64,000 bases of DNA from an uncultured Actinomycetes bacterium (GTDB taxonomy: Bacteria > Actinomycetota > Thermoleophilia > Gaiellales > JAICJC01): assembly GCA_963729195.1 (NCBI GenBank), contig CAVSNF010000004.1, positions 25,958-89,957 on the forward strand, written 5' to 3'. The first letter of the stretch is position 1; each line of letters opens with the position of its first letter. Both the position numbers and the translations under genes were made by a program. A model generated the notes under the pieces. It searched no databases. It was not told the DNA's origin and was given only the letters and a program-made list of their open reading frames with translations. This document shows, in pieces, positions 29,884 through 39,978 of this stretch.

Positions 29884-30476
29884 GTGTACGCACCGTCAGT
29901 TGACAACCTGATCACCCAGCTCGCGCGGCTGCCCGGGATCGGCCAGCGGAGTGCCCAGAGGCTGGCGTTTCACCTGCTCAAAGCGACTCCCGAGGAGGCG
30001 GGCGCGCTGGCCGCAGCGATCACCGAGGTGAAGGAGCGGATCGGCTTCTGCGAGCGCTGCTACAACCTGGCCGAGGGGCCGCTGTGCACGATCTGCGCGG
30101 ACACCCGGCGCGACGTGTCCCTGATCTGCGTGGTCGAGGATCCCTCGGATGTGATCGCGCTGGAACGCACGCACGAGTACCGCGGCACCTATCACGTGCT
30201 GGGCGGGGCGCTGTCACCGATCGACGGCGTCGATCCCGACCACCTGCGCATCGCCGAGCTGATGGCTCGGATCGAGAGCTGGCCAGCGTGACCGAGGTGC
30301 TGCTGGCCACCAACCCCACCATGACCGGCGAGGCGACCGCCAACTACATCGCCGACCGGCTGCGCGACCGCACCACCGTCACCCGGCTGGCCAGCGGCCT
30401 GCCGGTCGGCGGCGACCTGGAGTACGCCGACGAGGTCACCCTCGGCCGAGCACTCCAAGGCCGCCGCGCGATCTGA
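29884..30476 (+). CDS. recR: Recombination protein RecR; apparent frameshift near 30277
   Basis: ...[20 protein letters not shown]..., C4 zinc finger [16 protein letters not shown], Toprim ...[17 protein letters not shown]... The C-terminus continues in ORF 30084..30476 (...[22 protein letters not shown]...). TGA stop lies inside palindrome copy 3. Confidence 0.9.
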
Positions 30477-30503
30477 ATAACGGTGCCAGGCACCGTTATT
30501 CAC
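30474..30503. repeat. Palindromic element copy 3: TGAATAACGGTGCC-A-GGCACCGTTATTCAC
   Basis: Read directly. Its first three bases are the recR TGA stop. Confidence 0.95.
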
Positions 30504-30516
30504 CACCGGCGCCCGC

Positions 30517-30549
30517 GTGAATAATCGGTGCCAGGCACCAATTATTCAC
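30517..30549. repeat. Palindromic element copy 4, variant form: GTGAATAATCGGTGCC-A-GGCACCAATTATTCAC (one C/A mismatch)
   Basis: Read directly, 13 nt after copy 3. Contains the TGA stop (30546-30548, minus strand) of gene 30546..31159. Confidence 0.92.
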
Positions 30550-31159
30550 GAGCAGTTGGCGCGCAGGTACTGTCGAACGAGCGTGAAGTCGCCGCGATGG
30601 GCGGCAGCGATCTCGCGGTCGGTCGCCCGCAGCGAGCTCTGGTCGTAGCCGCCGGCATCCTCGGACGCGCCGGCGGGGTGCAGCGGCATCATCCGCCGCA
30701 GCGTCAACGCCTCGGCGTATGAACTCCGACACGGCCGCGTCGTTGCCTGCGGCAGCAGCCGAATTCCAGTGCGCATACCACGCGCACTGCGCCTGGCCGA
30801 TGGCCGCGATCAGCGCGAACTGCTGCCCGTAGAGCGCGTGCGGCCGGCAGGTGCAGCGGCCTCCAGTGCGCACCCGGCGGCAGATCGATCGTCTTGGTGA
30901 TCGCGGCGAACTGGCGGTTCACGGTGGGTGCGTGGTCGTCGCCGGGAATCGAGGAGTACACGGTGGCAGCACCGGCCAGCACGGCAACGGCAACGGTCGC
31001 GGCCAGCAGCAGCGGCCGGCGGCGTCGCCGAGAACTCGTCCGCGAAACTGCCGAGCGGAGAATCCGGTCGCGCATCGCGGCGGCATCGGCGGACGGCAGC
31101 GGTCGCAGCTGGGTGGCGGGATCGTGCCGCCGGATGAGGGTGATGACGTCGTCAGGCAT
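30546..31159 (-). CDS. Hypothetical membrane protein downstream of an ECF sigma factor (anti-sigma candidate); two apparent frameshifts (about 30721, 30840)
   Basis: MPDDVITLIRRHDPATQ...RRRRRPLLLAATVAVAVLAGAATVY (one TM) / ...YGQQFALIAAIGQAQCAWYAHWNSAAAAGNDAAVSEF / YAEALTLRRMMPLHPAG...DFTLVRQYLRANCS*. The start overlaps the sigma-factor stop (ATGCCTGA). Confidence 0.4.
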
Positions 31160-31687
31160 CGGTTCCAAGACCTCCATGGGCAATCACGCGTGTGTTGGCA
31201 ACCGGCGGCGCGTCTGCCTCGGCAAGTTCGTGCGCCAGCCGGCGGCGGGCGCGCCTCAGCCGCACCGCCACGTTGGCGCGGGTACAGCCGATCACGACCG
31301 CGATCGCGTCACGGTCGAGCCGATCCCACGCGGTCAGCAGCAGCACCTCGCGGTCGCGCTCGCCGAGCCGTCCCAGCGCCGTCCAGAGCGCGTCGCGCTC
31401 ACCGACCTGATGGGTGGGATCGGGCGTCGTCACCGGTTCGCGCACCAGCCGACGGGTGAGCTGGTCGCGGCGGCGATCGCCGCGGCGCTGATTCAGCCGG
31501 ATCTTGCGAGCCACGCCGATCAGCCACGGCAGCGGCTCGGCGGGGATGTCGTCCAGCCGCCGCCATGCCACCAGAAACGTCTCGGCGGTGACGTCGTCTG
31601 CGAGCTCGGGGTCGCGGCGCCACAGGTAGGCGCGCACGGCCTCGCGGTGCGTGTCGAACAGTTGCTCGAACCATGCTTCTCGTTGGT
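31152..31687 (-). CDS. ECF-type RNA polymerase sigma-70 family factor
   Basis: TTG start 31687 preceded by GGAGGA. ...FEQLFDTHREAVRAYLWRR...DDVTAETFLVAWRRLDDIP... (region 2) and ...REVLLLTAWDRLDRDAIAVVIGCTRANVAVRLRRARRRL (region 4). Confidence 0.85.
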
Positions 31688-31821
31688 CGGGGGGCAATCG
31701 CCTTCCTCCAGTTCGGGACAGTCTGCCATCACATGTCCGGCAGCCCGGCGGGCATTGCACCCAAGCGACGCGATTACGACCGGCATCTGGGAAACTGCGC
31801 TGGGTGATCGACGCCACCTCC

Positions 31822-33174
31822 ATGCATCGCTACACCGACGTCACCGAGCGACTGGCCCAGTCGATCCTGGCCTACACGCGCGATCGGCTGCGGCTGAACC
31901 CGGTGCCGCTGGACGGTCCGCGCACGCCCGCCGAGCTGGCCGCTGCGGTCGGCGCGACGGTCACCGAGGAGGGCCTGGGCGGCCCCGAGGCGCTGCGAAT
32001 CTTCGACGAAGTGCTCTCCAATGCGTGCGTCTCGGTCGACAACCCGCGCTATCTGGCGTTCATCCCCGCGGCTCCGACCGAGTCGGCAACGCTGTTCGAC
32101 CTGGTCGTCGGCGCCTCCTCGATCTACGGCGGCAGCTGGCTGGAGGGCGCGGGGGCGGTGTACGCCGAAAACCAGGCACTGCGCTGGATCGCCGACCTGG
32201 CCGGCATGCCCGATCAGGCCGGCGGCTGCTTCGTCGCCGGCGGGACGATCGGCAATCTCTCGGCACTGGTCGCCGCCCGCTACACCTATCTGGCCGAGCG
32301 CGGCGGCGAGCGGCCGGCCCGGCTGCGGATCGCCGCCACATACGAAGCCCACTCCTCCATCAACTCGGCCGCCCAGGTGATGGACGTCGACGTGCTCCCG
32401 GTCGAGGCCGACGCAGACGGGCGGCTGACCGGCAAGAACCTGGAAGCCGCCATCGCCGAGCACGGCGACGACGGCCTGTTCGCCGCTGTCGCAACCTCAG
32501 GCACCACCAACCTCGGCATCGTCGACGACCTCGCCGGTGTGGCCGAGGTGTGCGACCGCCGCGACCTGTGGATGCACGTCGACGGCGCCTACGGCGGCGC
32601 CGCGCTGGCAGCGCCCTCCGTGCGGGCAAAGTTTCAGGGGATCGAGCGAGCCGACAGCTTCATCGTCGACCCACACAAGTGGCTGTTCGCGCCGTTTGAC
32701 TGCTGCGCGCTTCTGTACCGCCGCCCACACCTGGCCCGCGCCGCGCACACGCAGCACGCCGGCTATCTCGACGCGATCCAGTCCGAGACGGAATGGAACC
32801 CATCCGACTACGCCGTGCACCTGTCTCGCCGAGCGCGGGGATTGCCGTTCTGGTTCTCGCTGGCGGTGCACGGCACCGCCGCCTACTCGATCGCGATCGA
32901 GTCCACCCTGGCGCTGACCCAGGCCGCCGCCAAGGAGATCCGCGACCGTCCCGAGCTCGAACTCCTCACCGAGCCGGAGCTGTCGGTGCTGTGCTTCAAA
33001 CGAACCGGATGGACACCCGAGGACTACAACCGCTGGAGCGCCGACATGCTCGAGCGGGGGTTTGCGTTCGTCACGCCGACGGTCCACAAAGGCGAGATCG
33101 TCACCCGGTTTGCGATCGTCAACCCACGCACCACCCTCACCGACATCAAAGCCATCCTGGATACGATGCGGTGA
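31822..33174 (+). CDS. Pyridoxal phosphate-dependent group II amino-acid decarboxylase
   Basis: Intact from ATG 31822 (450 aa): ...NPRYLAFIPAAPT..., ...ATSGTTNLGIVDDL..., PLP-lysine motif SFIVDPHKWLFAPFDC. Confidence 0.85.
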   Translation: MHRYTDVTERLAQSILAYTRDRLRLNPVPLDGPRTPAELAAAVGATVTEEGLGGPEALRIFDEVLSNACVSVDNPRYLAFIPAAPTESATLFDLVVGASSIYGGSWLEGAGAVYAENQALRWIADLAGMPDQAGGCFVAGGTIGNLSALVAARYTYLAERGGERPARLRIAATYEAHSSINSAAQVMDVDVLPVEADADGRLTGKNLEAAIAEHGDDGLFAAVATSGTTNLGIVDDLAGVAEVCDRRDLWMHVDGAYGGAALAAPSVRAKFQGIERADSFIVDPHKWLFAPFDCCALLYRRPHLARAAHTQHAGYLDAIQSETEWNPSDYAVHLSRRARGLPFWFSLAVHGTAAYSIAIESTLALTQAAAKEIRDRPELELLTEPELSVLCFKRTGWTPEDYNRWSADMLERGFAFVTPTVHKGEIVTRFAIVNPRTTLTDIKAILDTMR

Positions 33175-34444
33175 ATGGCGGCCTCACACCCTTCCACTGA
33201 GCCATCCAGCCAGCGCGTGCTGGTGATGAAGTTCGGCGGCTCGTCGGTGGCCGACGCCGACAAGATCCGCCGGGTGGCGGCAGCGGCTCGTCTCCGCCCA
33301 CGAGGGCGGCCGGCGGGTGGTCGGCGTGGTGTCGGCGATGGGCACGACCACCGATCAGCTGGTGGCGCTGGCCGCAGACGTCTCGCCGCGCCCGCACCCG
33401 CGCGAGATGGACATGCTGCTCTCCACCGGCGAGCGCATCTCGGCTGCGCTGTGTGCGATGGCGATCGAGGATCTCGGTCACCGGGCCGTGTCGCTGACCG
33501 GTTCACAGGCGGGGATCGTGACCGACACCGTCCACACCAAGGCCAAGATCGTCGAGATCCGGCCGCGCCGCATCGAAGAGGCCTTGGCCCGCGACGAGAT
33601 CGTGCTGGTGGCCGGCTTCCAGGGCGTGTCAACCGCCTACGACGTGACCACGCTGGGCCGCGGCGGCTCCGACACCACCGCCGTCGCCCTGGCCGCCGCG
33701 CTGGGGGGCGACTGCGAGATCTACACCGACGTCGACGGCGTCTTCAGCGCCGATCCCCGGATCGTCCCCAGCGCGGTCAAGCTGTCGGAGGTATCGGCCA
33801 CCGAGATGCTCGAGATGGCCGGATCGGGCGCCCGGGTGCTGCAGCTGCGGTCGGTCGAGTTTGCCCGCAACCACGCGGTCGCCATCCATGTACGGTCAAC
33901 GTTCTCCGACGCAGAGGGAACCTGGATTCGAGAGGACGGAACGATGGAAGACGCCATCATCTCCGGTATCACCCACACCACCGACGAGGCCTACGTCACG
34001 CTCACCGACGTGCCCGACAAGCCCGGCACCGCCGCCAGCATCTTCAATGCGGTCGCGGCCGCCCACATCAACGTCGACACGATCATCCAAAACGCCGTCA
34101 CCCACGGCGACGCCGACGTCACCTTCTCGATCCCGACCGACGACCTGCCGCTGATGACCGACACCATCGAGCACCTGTGCCGCGACCTCGGCCTGCATTG
34201 GCGGGTGGACGACACCGCCGCCAAGGTGAGCCTGATCGGTGCCGGCATGAAGAGCCACCCGGGCGTGGCCGCCAAGATGTTCCAGACGCTGGCCGAGCAC
34301 GACATCAACGTGCGCATGATCGCGACCTCGCCGATCAAGGTGTCCTGCGTGATCCCCCGCGACAAGGTCAGCCAAGCCGTGTCGGAGCTGCACGAGGCGT
34401 TCCGAGCGGAGATCGAACTCAGCCACGGAGCGCCCAGTGCCTGA
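33175..34444 (+). CDS. ask: Aspartate kinase; apparent frameshift near 33285
   Basis: ...[21 protein letters not shown] (ORF 33175..) joins [25 protein letters not shown]...[18 protein letters not shown]... plus two ACT domains (ORF 33317..34444). Confidence 0.9.
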
Positions 34445-35475
34445 TCTCAAAGTCGCTGTCGTAGGCGCGACCGGCGCCGTCGGACCAGAAGTGCTGCGGC
34501 TGCTGGAGGAGCGCAAGTTTCCGGCGACCGAGGTGGGTGGCGTTCGCGTCCGCCCGCTCGGCCGGCAAGCGGGTGGCCTTCGCAGGCTCGCAGCTGGAGG
34601 TGCAGGAGCTGACCGCCGACGCCCTCGAAGGCTTCGACCTGGCGCTGTTCTCGGCGGGTGCCGGCACGGCTCGCGCGTTCGCGCCCGAGGCGGTCGCGCG
34701 CGGCTGCGTGGTGATCGACAAGTCCAGCGGCTTTCGGATGGATCCCCAGGTGCCGCTGGTGGTGCCCGAGGTCAACCCCGAGGCGACCGACTCCCACAAC
34801 GGCATCGTGGCCAACCCCAACTGCTCCACGATCCAGTTCGTGGCGGTGCTCAAGCCGCTGCTCGACGCCGTCGGCCTCGAGCATGTCACCGTGTCCACCT
34901 ACCAGGCTGTCAGCGGCACAGGTACCAAGGCCATGGACGAACTCAGCGCCCAGACCCGCGCAGTGGCTGCCGGCGAGCCCGTGGAGGTGAACGTCTACCC
35001 GCATCAGATCGCGTTCAACGTGCTCCCGCACTGCGACGTGTTCGACGACGACGGGAACACCCAGGAGGAGACCAAGCTGGTTCGCGAGACCCGCAAGATC
35101 CTGGGTCAGGCCGACCTGCCCATCTCCGCCACCTGCGTGCGAGTGCCGGTCTGGCGCGGCCACTCCGAAGCCGTCTGGATCGAGACCGCCGAGCCGCTTT
35201 CGCCAGAGGACGCCCGCCGGCTGCTGGCGGCGGCGCCGGGAGTGACGGTGGTCGACGATCCGGCGACCAACAGCTATCCCACGCCGCTGGCTGCCGACGG
35301 CCAGGATCAGGTGTTCGTCGGCCGCATCCGTCGTGACGAGTCGCGCCGCAACGGCCTCGCGCTGTGGGTGGTGGCCGACAATCTCCGCAAGGGCGCCGCC
35401 ACCAACGGCGTGCAGATCGCCGAGCTGCTGGTCGAGCGCCAGCTGGTACGGGTTCCGGGGGCGGCAGCGGCGTAG
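34437..35475 (+). CDS. asd: Aspartate-semialdehyde dehydrogenase; apparent frameshift near 34535
   Basis: [33 protein letters not shown] joins [15 protein letters not shown]...[11 protein letters not shown]... (active-site Cys) ...[13 protein letters not shown]... GTG start overlaps the end of ask. Confidence 0.9.
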
Positions 35476-35477
35476 GT

Positions 35478-35927
35478 ATGCAGCATCGACGCGGCACCCT
35501 GTGCCCCGTGTGCCTGGGGGAGGTACGACGGGGCGTATGTGATCACCACGGCCTGTGGTCTCCCCGCCAGCTCCTGACGATGCTCGACCGCCGCCACGCG
35601 ATCCGGCATACGTGGCATCCGTTCACCCCGATCCTCCACGCCTGTCCCCGCTGCCTGGGCGAGGTGGCTGAGAGCCGCTCCGGCGACTACGGCTGCATCG
35701 ACCACGACGGGCATGGGCCGTTCCAGCTGGACGAGCTGCTCGGCCCGAGCGCCCAGCGCGACGGCGCCATCGAGCGCGAACGGCTCGCGCGGGCACGCGA
35801 GCGCAAGCGAGACGCCGCCCCAACCGTGACTCTGCCCAAGCTCCACATCCCCAACCTCACGCACGTGACCCGCATCGCCGCCGCCGGTGCGGTGATCGTC
35901 ACGACCCTCTTCTTCCTCGCAAGGTGA
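35478..35927 (+). CDS. Hypothetical protein with duplicated CPxCLGEV zinc-ribbon-like motif and C-terminal TM helix
   Basis: MQHRRGTLCPVCLGEVRRGVCDHHG... and ...HACPRCLGEVAESRSGDYGCIDHDGHG...; the tail IAAAGAVIVTTLFFLAR is hydrophobic. TGA stop lies 3 nt before palindrome copy 5. Confidence 0.5.
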   Translation: MQHRRGTLCPVCLGEVRRGVCDHHGLWSPRQLLTMLDRRHAIRHTWHPFTPILHACPRCLGEVAESRSGDYGCIDHDGHGPFQLDELLGPSAQRDGAIERERLARARERKRDAAPTVTLPKLHIPNLTHVTRIAAAGAVIVTTLFFLAR

Positions 35928-35930
35928 CGG

Positions 35931-35961
35931 GTGAATAACGGTGCCAGGCACCGTTATTCAC
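35931..35961. repeat. Palindromic element copy 5: GTGAATAACGGTGCC-A-GGCACCGTTATTCAC
   Basis: Read directly, between convergent gene ends (TGA 35925-35927 on +, TAG 35962-35964 on -). Confidence 0.95.
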
Positions 35962-36646
35962 CTAGGCAACCTTGGTGGCGGCGATCGGCTGGGTGGTGGG
36001 CTGCTGTGAGCCGCCGGCCGGCTCCACGGTGACAGCGACGGTGTCGCCGGGATGGGCTTTGGTTTCGAGGTCGACGCTGGTGCGACCGCCGGCGAACACT
36101 CCCGCTGAGATCGGTTTTCCGCCTGGAGGAATCACCCAGGCCTGATAGGTCTTGCCGCTGGGAGCCGCGGACGCGTTCGCGACCAGGGTGGCTTGGCCGT
36201 CGGCGTCGACGAACACTGTGCCGACGTGCGGAAGCGCGGCGCTGGTCTGGCTGCCATAGACGATGTCCTGGGTGTTGGTGAGCGAGTTGCGGAGAGAGAC
36301 GTTCCAGGCCACCAACCCGATCACGACAACCGCCAGCACCGGAGCGGCGATCCGCGCAAACCGCGGCCACCAGCCGGGTGAGCGGTCGGAACGACGCTCG
36401 GCTGGTGCCTCGGGCTGAGGCACCGGCGGCGGGCTCAATCGCGGCCATCAGTCGGTCGCGCAACTCGGGCGGCGGCGCCACCTCGGGGGTGGCCAGCGCC
36501 AGCAGCGCGGTGGTCGACTCGGCCTCGCGCAGGCGAGCCATGCAGGCAGAGCACTCGGACACGTGCGATTCGACCTGCGCAGCCTCCTCCGGCGTGAGTG
36601 CTCCCAGCACGTGGGCGGGAATCAGCTCGTCGACGTGGTCGTCCAC
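35962..36646 (-). CDS. rskA: Anti-sigma-K factor RskA-like (zf-HC2 N-terminus + RskA C-terminal domain); apparent frameshift near 36435
   Basis: N-terminus ...LGALTPEEAAQVESHVSECSACMARLRE... (ORF 35954..36646) joins ...PGWWPRFARIAAPVLAVVVIGLVAWNV...GKTYQAWVIPPGGKPISAGVF... (ORF 35962..36438). Confidence 0.8.
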
Positions 36647-37272
36647 TGATCCCCCCCTCTGAACCCCGCCTCGTCCAACGCTTCCTGCAGCGCCTTCAGC
36701 GCCGCGAACGTGCGGCTCTTGATCGTCCCCACCGGCACCGACAGCATCTCTGCCAGCTCCGACTGCGAGTAGCCGCCGAAATACGCCAGCTCGATCACCT
36801 CTCGATGGGTGGCGGGCAGACCGGCCATGGCCTCGCGGATCTGCCCGCGAGCCGCCGACATCCAGGCGAGCTGATCGGGGCCCGGCTCCGTGCTGGGCAC
36901 CTCGGGCCGGTCATCATCGAGCTGGTCCGCGCGGCGTCGCTGCTCTCTGCGCACGAGATCCACTGCCTTGTTATGTGTCATCGTCAGAATCCATGTCGAT
37001 GCCTGTCCTCGTGCCGGATCAAATGCCGCGGCCTTTCTCCACACCGCGAGAAACGCGTCCTGCACCACATCGGCCGCGAGATCGCGGTCGCGCACAATCC
37101 GTACAGCCAGCGAGTACGCCGCCTCGCCGTACCTGTCGTACACCTGTGCGAACGCCTCCCGGTCGCCCTGGCGCACACGCTCCAGCAGTTCGCGATCCGG
37201 TGGGGTGTTCGGTGAGAGCTCCTTCGTGACGTTGGTTGTCTGGCATTCGTTCCTGGGCCTTGACCGGTTCAA
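36622..37272 (-). CDS. sigK: ECF sigma factor, SigK-like
   Basis: ...ELLERVRQGDREAFAQVYDRYGEAAYSLAVRIVRDRDLAADVVQDAFLAVW... and ...REVIELAYFGGYSQSELAEMLSVPVGTIKSRTFAALKAL. The proposed TTG start 37272 overlaps the upstream gene's TGA (TTGA). Start uncertain. Confidence 0.85.
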   Translation of the reverse strand: MNRSRPRNECQTTNVTKELSPNTPPDRELLERVRQGDREAFAQVYDRYGEAAYSLAVRIVRDRDLAADVVQDAFLAVWRKAAAFDPARGQASTWILTMTHNKAVDLVRREQRRRADQLDDDRPEVPSTEPGPDQLAWMSAARGQIREAMAGLPATHREVIELAYFGGYSQSELAEMLSVPVGTIKSRTFAALKALQEALDEAGFRGGDQWTTTSTS

Positions 37273-37881
37273 CGCACCGGCGCGGGAGTCGGTTGGAGCA
37301 CCGCCAGCCGCGACTTGATCCGCTCCAGCCGGCTTGCCTCCGGGGAGGATTCGAGTGTACGCAGGTCGAGTCTCATCAGCTGCACTCTGCCCGAAACGCG
37401 CATCGGCACAAACCCGAAGTCGGCCAGGAAGTCGTGAGGGAAGATCGTTCGATGGCGGAGAAACCGGGTCGGGAACGGCTCTCCCGGGGCGTACCGATAG
37501 CCAAATCCCTCCAGGGCCGGCCAGCCGCGGTCGTTGCACTCGCCGATCGCAGCGAGCACCAGGCTCTGCAGCACCCAGGGGCTGTTGACGTCGGTCAGGT
37601 ACGCGCAGGTGATCACCACCGCATCCCGGGCCGGTGGCCCGGCGGGCATCGTCGCCGCCCGCGGGAAGGCCGCGGCAGGGCCGTACTGGATCAGCCCGAT
37701 CACGCGGTCGTCCTCGCGGTAGATCTTGCCCCACGGGCCAAAATCATCCTCTGTTTCGGCGATGAACCGGTCGCGCTCGGCGGGCTGGCGGCCGGGTCGG
37801 GTCTGCCACCACATGCAGCGTGCGGCAGGGCGGCGGCGCGGTGTCCACGGTGGCGCCGGTGAGGTGATCGACTCGCGGCAT
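37269..37881 (-). CDS. Conserved hypothetical protein (Cys-x2-Cys-x-WWQ N-terminus; possible acetyltransferase-like fold); apparent frameshift near 37818
   Basis: MPRVDHLTGATVDTAPPPCRT / CMWWQTRPGRQPAERDRFIAETEDDFGPWGKIY... reconstructed from ORFs 37744..38019 and 37269..37814. Function not recognisable with confidence. Confidence 0.4.
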
Positions 37882-37886
37882 CGCCC

Positions 37887-38264
37887 TCAGCCGCTGGGGG
37901 ATTCGACGTCGTCGATCACAACGGAGACGTCGCCCACATCCAGCTCGGTGGTGGCGATCAACGACGCGCGCACCGCCTGCCGCACGCGCATTGCCAGGTC
38001 TGGCAGAAGCGTGCCCCACTCGGCCACCAACCGCAGCTCCACCTTGATCCGATCGCCGTCGGAGGACACCTTCACACCGCGGGGCGGGCGCTCCTCGCTG
38101 ATGCGACGGTCAAGTCCGCCCAGCAGGCCGTCGGAAATGCCCGCGACGCCGTCCACTTCGCGCGCGGCGGCGGCCGCGTAGGTGGCAATCACTGAATGCG
38201 AGATATGTGCCGACGCTGACGGCGAGTGAACCGACTCGACCGGGTCGGCGGAGGTGTCTGCCAT
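37887..38264 (-). CDS. Asp23/Gls24 family envelope-stress protein
   Basis: Intact 125-aa ORF: ...ISHSVIATYAAAAAREVDGVAG...GVKVSSDGDRIKVELRLVAEWGTLLPDLAMRVRQAV... Confidence 0.85.
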   Translation of the reverse strand: MADTSADPVESVHSPSASAHISHSVIATYAAAAAREVDGVAGISDGLLGGLDRRISEERPPRGVKVSSDGDRIKVELRLVAEWGTLLPDLAMRVRQAVRASLIATTELDVGDVSVVIDDVESPSG

Positions 38265-38286
38265 CGCGATCGAGTATACGGATCGA

Positions 38287-39127
38287 TCACACCGGGCGGA
38301 GGCGCAAGAGGCAGGCCTCGGGACGGGCCAGAAAGCGGAACGGCAGGAGCGTGGTACCGGTACCTCGGGAGACCACCACGGTGGTGGTGCCGTGCTGGAT
38401 CACCCCCTCCTCGAAGAGCCAGCGGTTGTGCGACAGCCGGCGTTTCCCAGAGAGAGTCGGGATGCAGATCTGGCCGCCGTGCAGATGCCCGGCCAGTACC
38501 AACGAGCAGGTGCCCATGGGAATTCTGCGCGGCGACGTCGGGGAAGTGAGCAAGCAGGATCCGAAACGCGCCGGACTCCTGAAAGAGCGTCTCGGCCGGC
38601 TTGCCGCCTTCGCCCAACCAGGTGTCGGCGTCTGAACCAGCGATCTCGATGGCGACACCTCCATGACGTACCGTCGCCGACTCGTCACGCAGCAGCCGGA
38701 CCTGCGCCGGGCTCCAGTCCTCGATCACCACCGGCTGCGAAAAGGGGTCGTTGGTCGAGGCCACCTCGTGGTTGCCGGTGACGGCGAAGGTGCCCAGCGG
38801 TGGGCTCAGCCGAGCCAGCTCGGCGGTCACCTGCCGGATTGCTCGGGGATGGCTGACGATGTCACCGGTCACGGCCACCAGATCGGGGCGGGCAAGCACT
38901 CCGAAGTCGATCGCCTTGCGCAGCGCGCGCATGTTCAGCGAGGGCGTCCCTGCATGGAAGTCGGACAGATGCAGGATGCTGAGGCCGTCCAGCGCAGGTG
39001 GGAGCCCGGCAACCGGCACCTCCAGAGTTCGCTCACGCAGCCACTGGGCCTCGAACAGCCCCCAGGCTCCGAGTCCGACTGCAGCGGCGGTGGCGGCCGA
39101 CGAAAGTCGGGCAGCCCTAGTCGCCAC
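38287..39127 (-). CDS. Membrane-anchored metallophosphoesterase; apparent frameshift at about 38500-38530
   Basis: ...ILHLSDFHAG..., ...VAVTGDIV..., ...FAVTGNHE... (ORF 38189..39127) joins ...LVLAGHLHGGQICIP...VVSRGTGTT... (ORF 38287..38688). Confidence 0.8.
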
Positions 39128-39317
39128 GCACGCTGTCGAGTTCGTCTCGCAGCCGCCGGCGGGCGGCTGCGATCCGCTCCTTCAGCACGGCTGTGCGGTC
39201 GGCGTCGCTGGAGTGCCCGTTGCCCGATGCCGGCACGGCCTCGTCACGGTCGTACAGGTAGTGGGCGACCGCGGCGGCCGCGACTGCCAGCACTGCAATT
39301 TTCACCAAGCGCGACAT
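39117..39317 (-). CDS. Hypothetical small membrane protein (66 aa)
   Basis: MSRLVKIAVLAVAAAAVAHYLY... then a charged helix. Sits tightly between the nuclease and phosphoesterase genes and overlaps the latter's GTG start. Confidence 0.35.
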   Translation of the reverse strand: MSRLVKIAVLAVAAAAVAHYLYDRDEAVPASGNGHSSDADRTAVLKERIAAARRRLRDELDSVRGD

Positions 39318-39342
39318 CCCGGCCAAGTCTAGTGAGCGCAGT

Positions 39343-39841
39343 TCACCGGCATGCGCTCCAGAGGCCGCGGCCGGCCAGCGCGGCCGCCCGCTCGATTGCG
39401 GCGTACTCCGACGCGTGGGCGGTGTTCGGCGGGATCGCGAGCGTGCGTGCGTAGCCCAGCCGCAGCAGCCGCTGCTCGACCGACACCGGTCGTTTCCCGT
39501 CGACGTAGACATACGCCAGGAAGCGTCCGTACTTGTCGTGGGTCTCGCGGTCGTACACCAGCTTGACCGACCGCCCGGTCAGCCAGTGCTTCACAAACGC
39601 CGAGGCCTGGGGGCCGTAGCAGCCAACCGGCCGATCGGGGTCGACCGTCTCGGGCGTATCAATGCCGATCAGGCGAACGTCCTGGGAATGCCCGCCGGAG
39701 GACACGTAGATGGTGTCGCCGTCGACCACGCGCGAGACGGTGCCGTGCGAGATCGGCGGGCTGTCGCTGCTGGAGGCGATGCCACACCACCGTGACGGCC
39801 AGGACCGCCACCACCGCGAGTACCGGGAAGGCTCGTTTCAT
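39343..39841 (-). CDS. Secreted/anchored thermonuclease (SNase) family protein; apparent frameshift near 39780
   Basis: Signal/TM MKRAFPVLAVVAVLAVTVVW (ORF 39659..39967) joins ...SRVVDGDTIYVSSGGHSQDVRLIGIDTPE...DKYGRFLAYVY... (ORF 39343..39729). Confidence 0.8.
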
Positions 39842-39978
39842 GCAGACGACGGTAGCGCCGGTGACCGTCACGCGTGTGTGCCGACCTGTGCCGGTATCGC
39901 GCGTCCAAGGCCCCGCCGCCGGCGACGTCTTCCGGGCGCGGAGGTACGACCGACCCACCACATACAATTCTTGGCCCC

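Noticed and set aside
36622-36646. A possible frameshift in the G7 run at the sigK-like/rskA-like junction (25-nt overlap).
   Set aside because: Neither adding nor removing one G produces a nearby stop or a better C-terminus for the sigma factor. A 25-nt overlap of sigma and anti-sigma genes is plausible as is.
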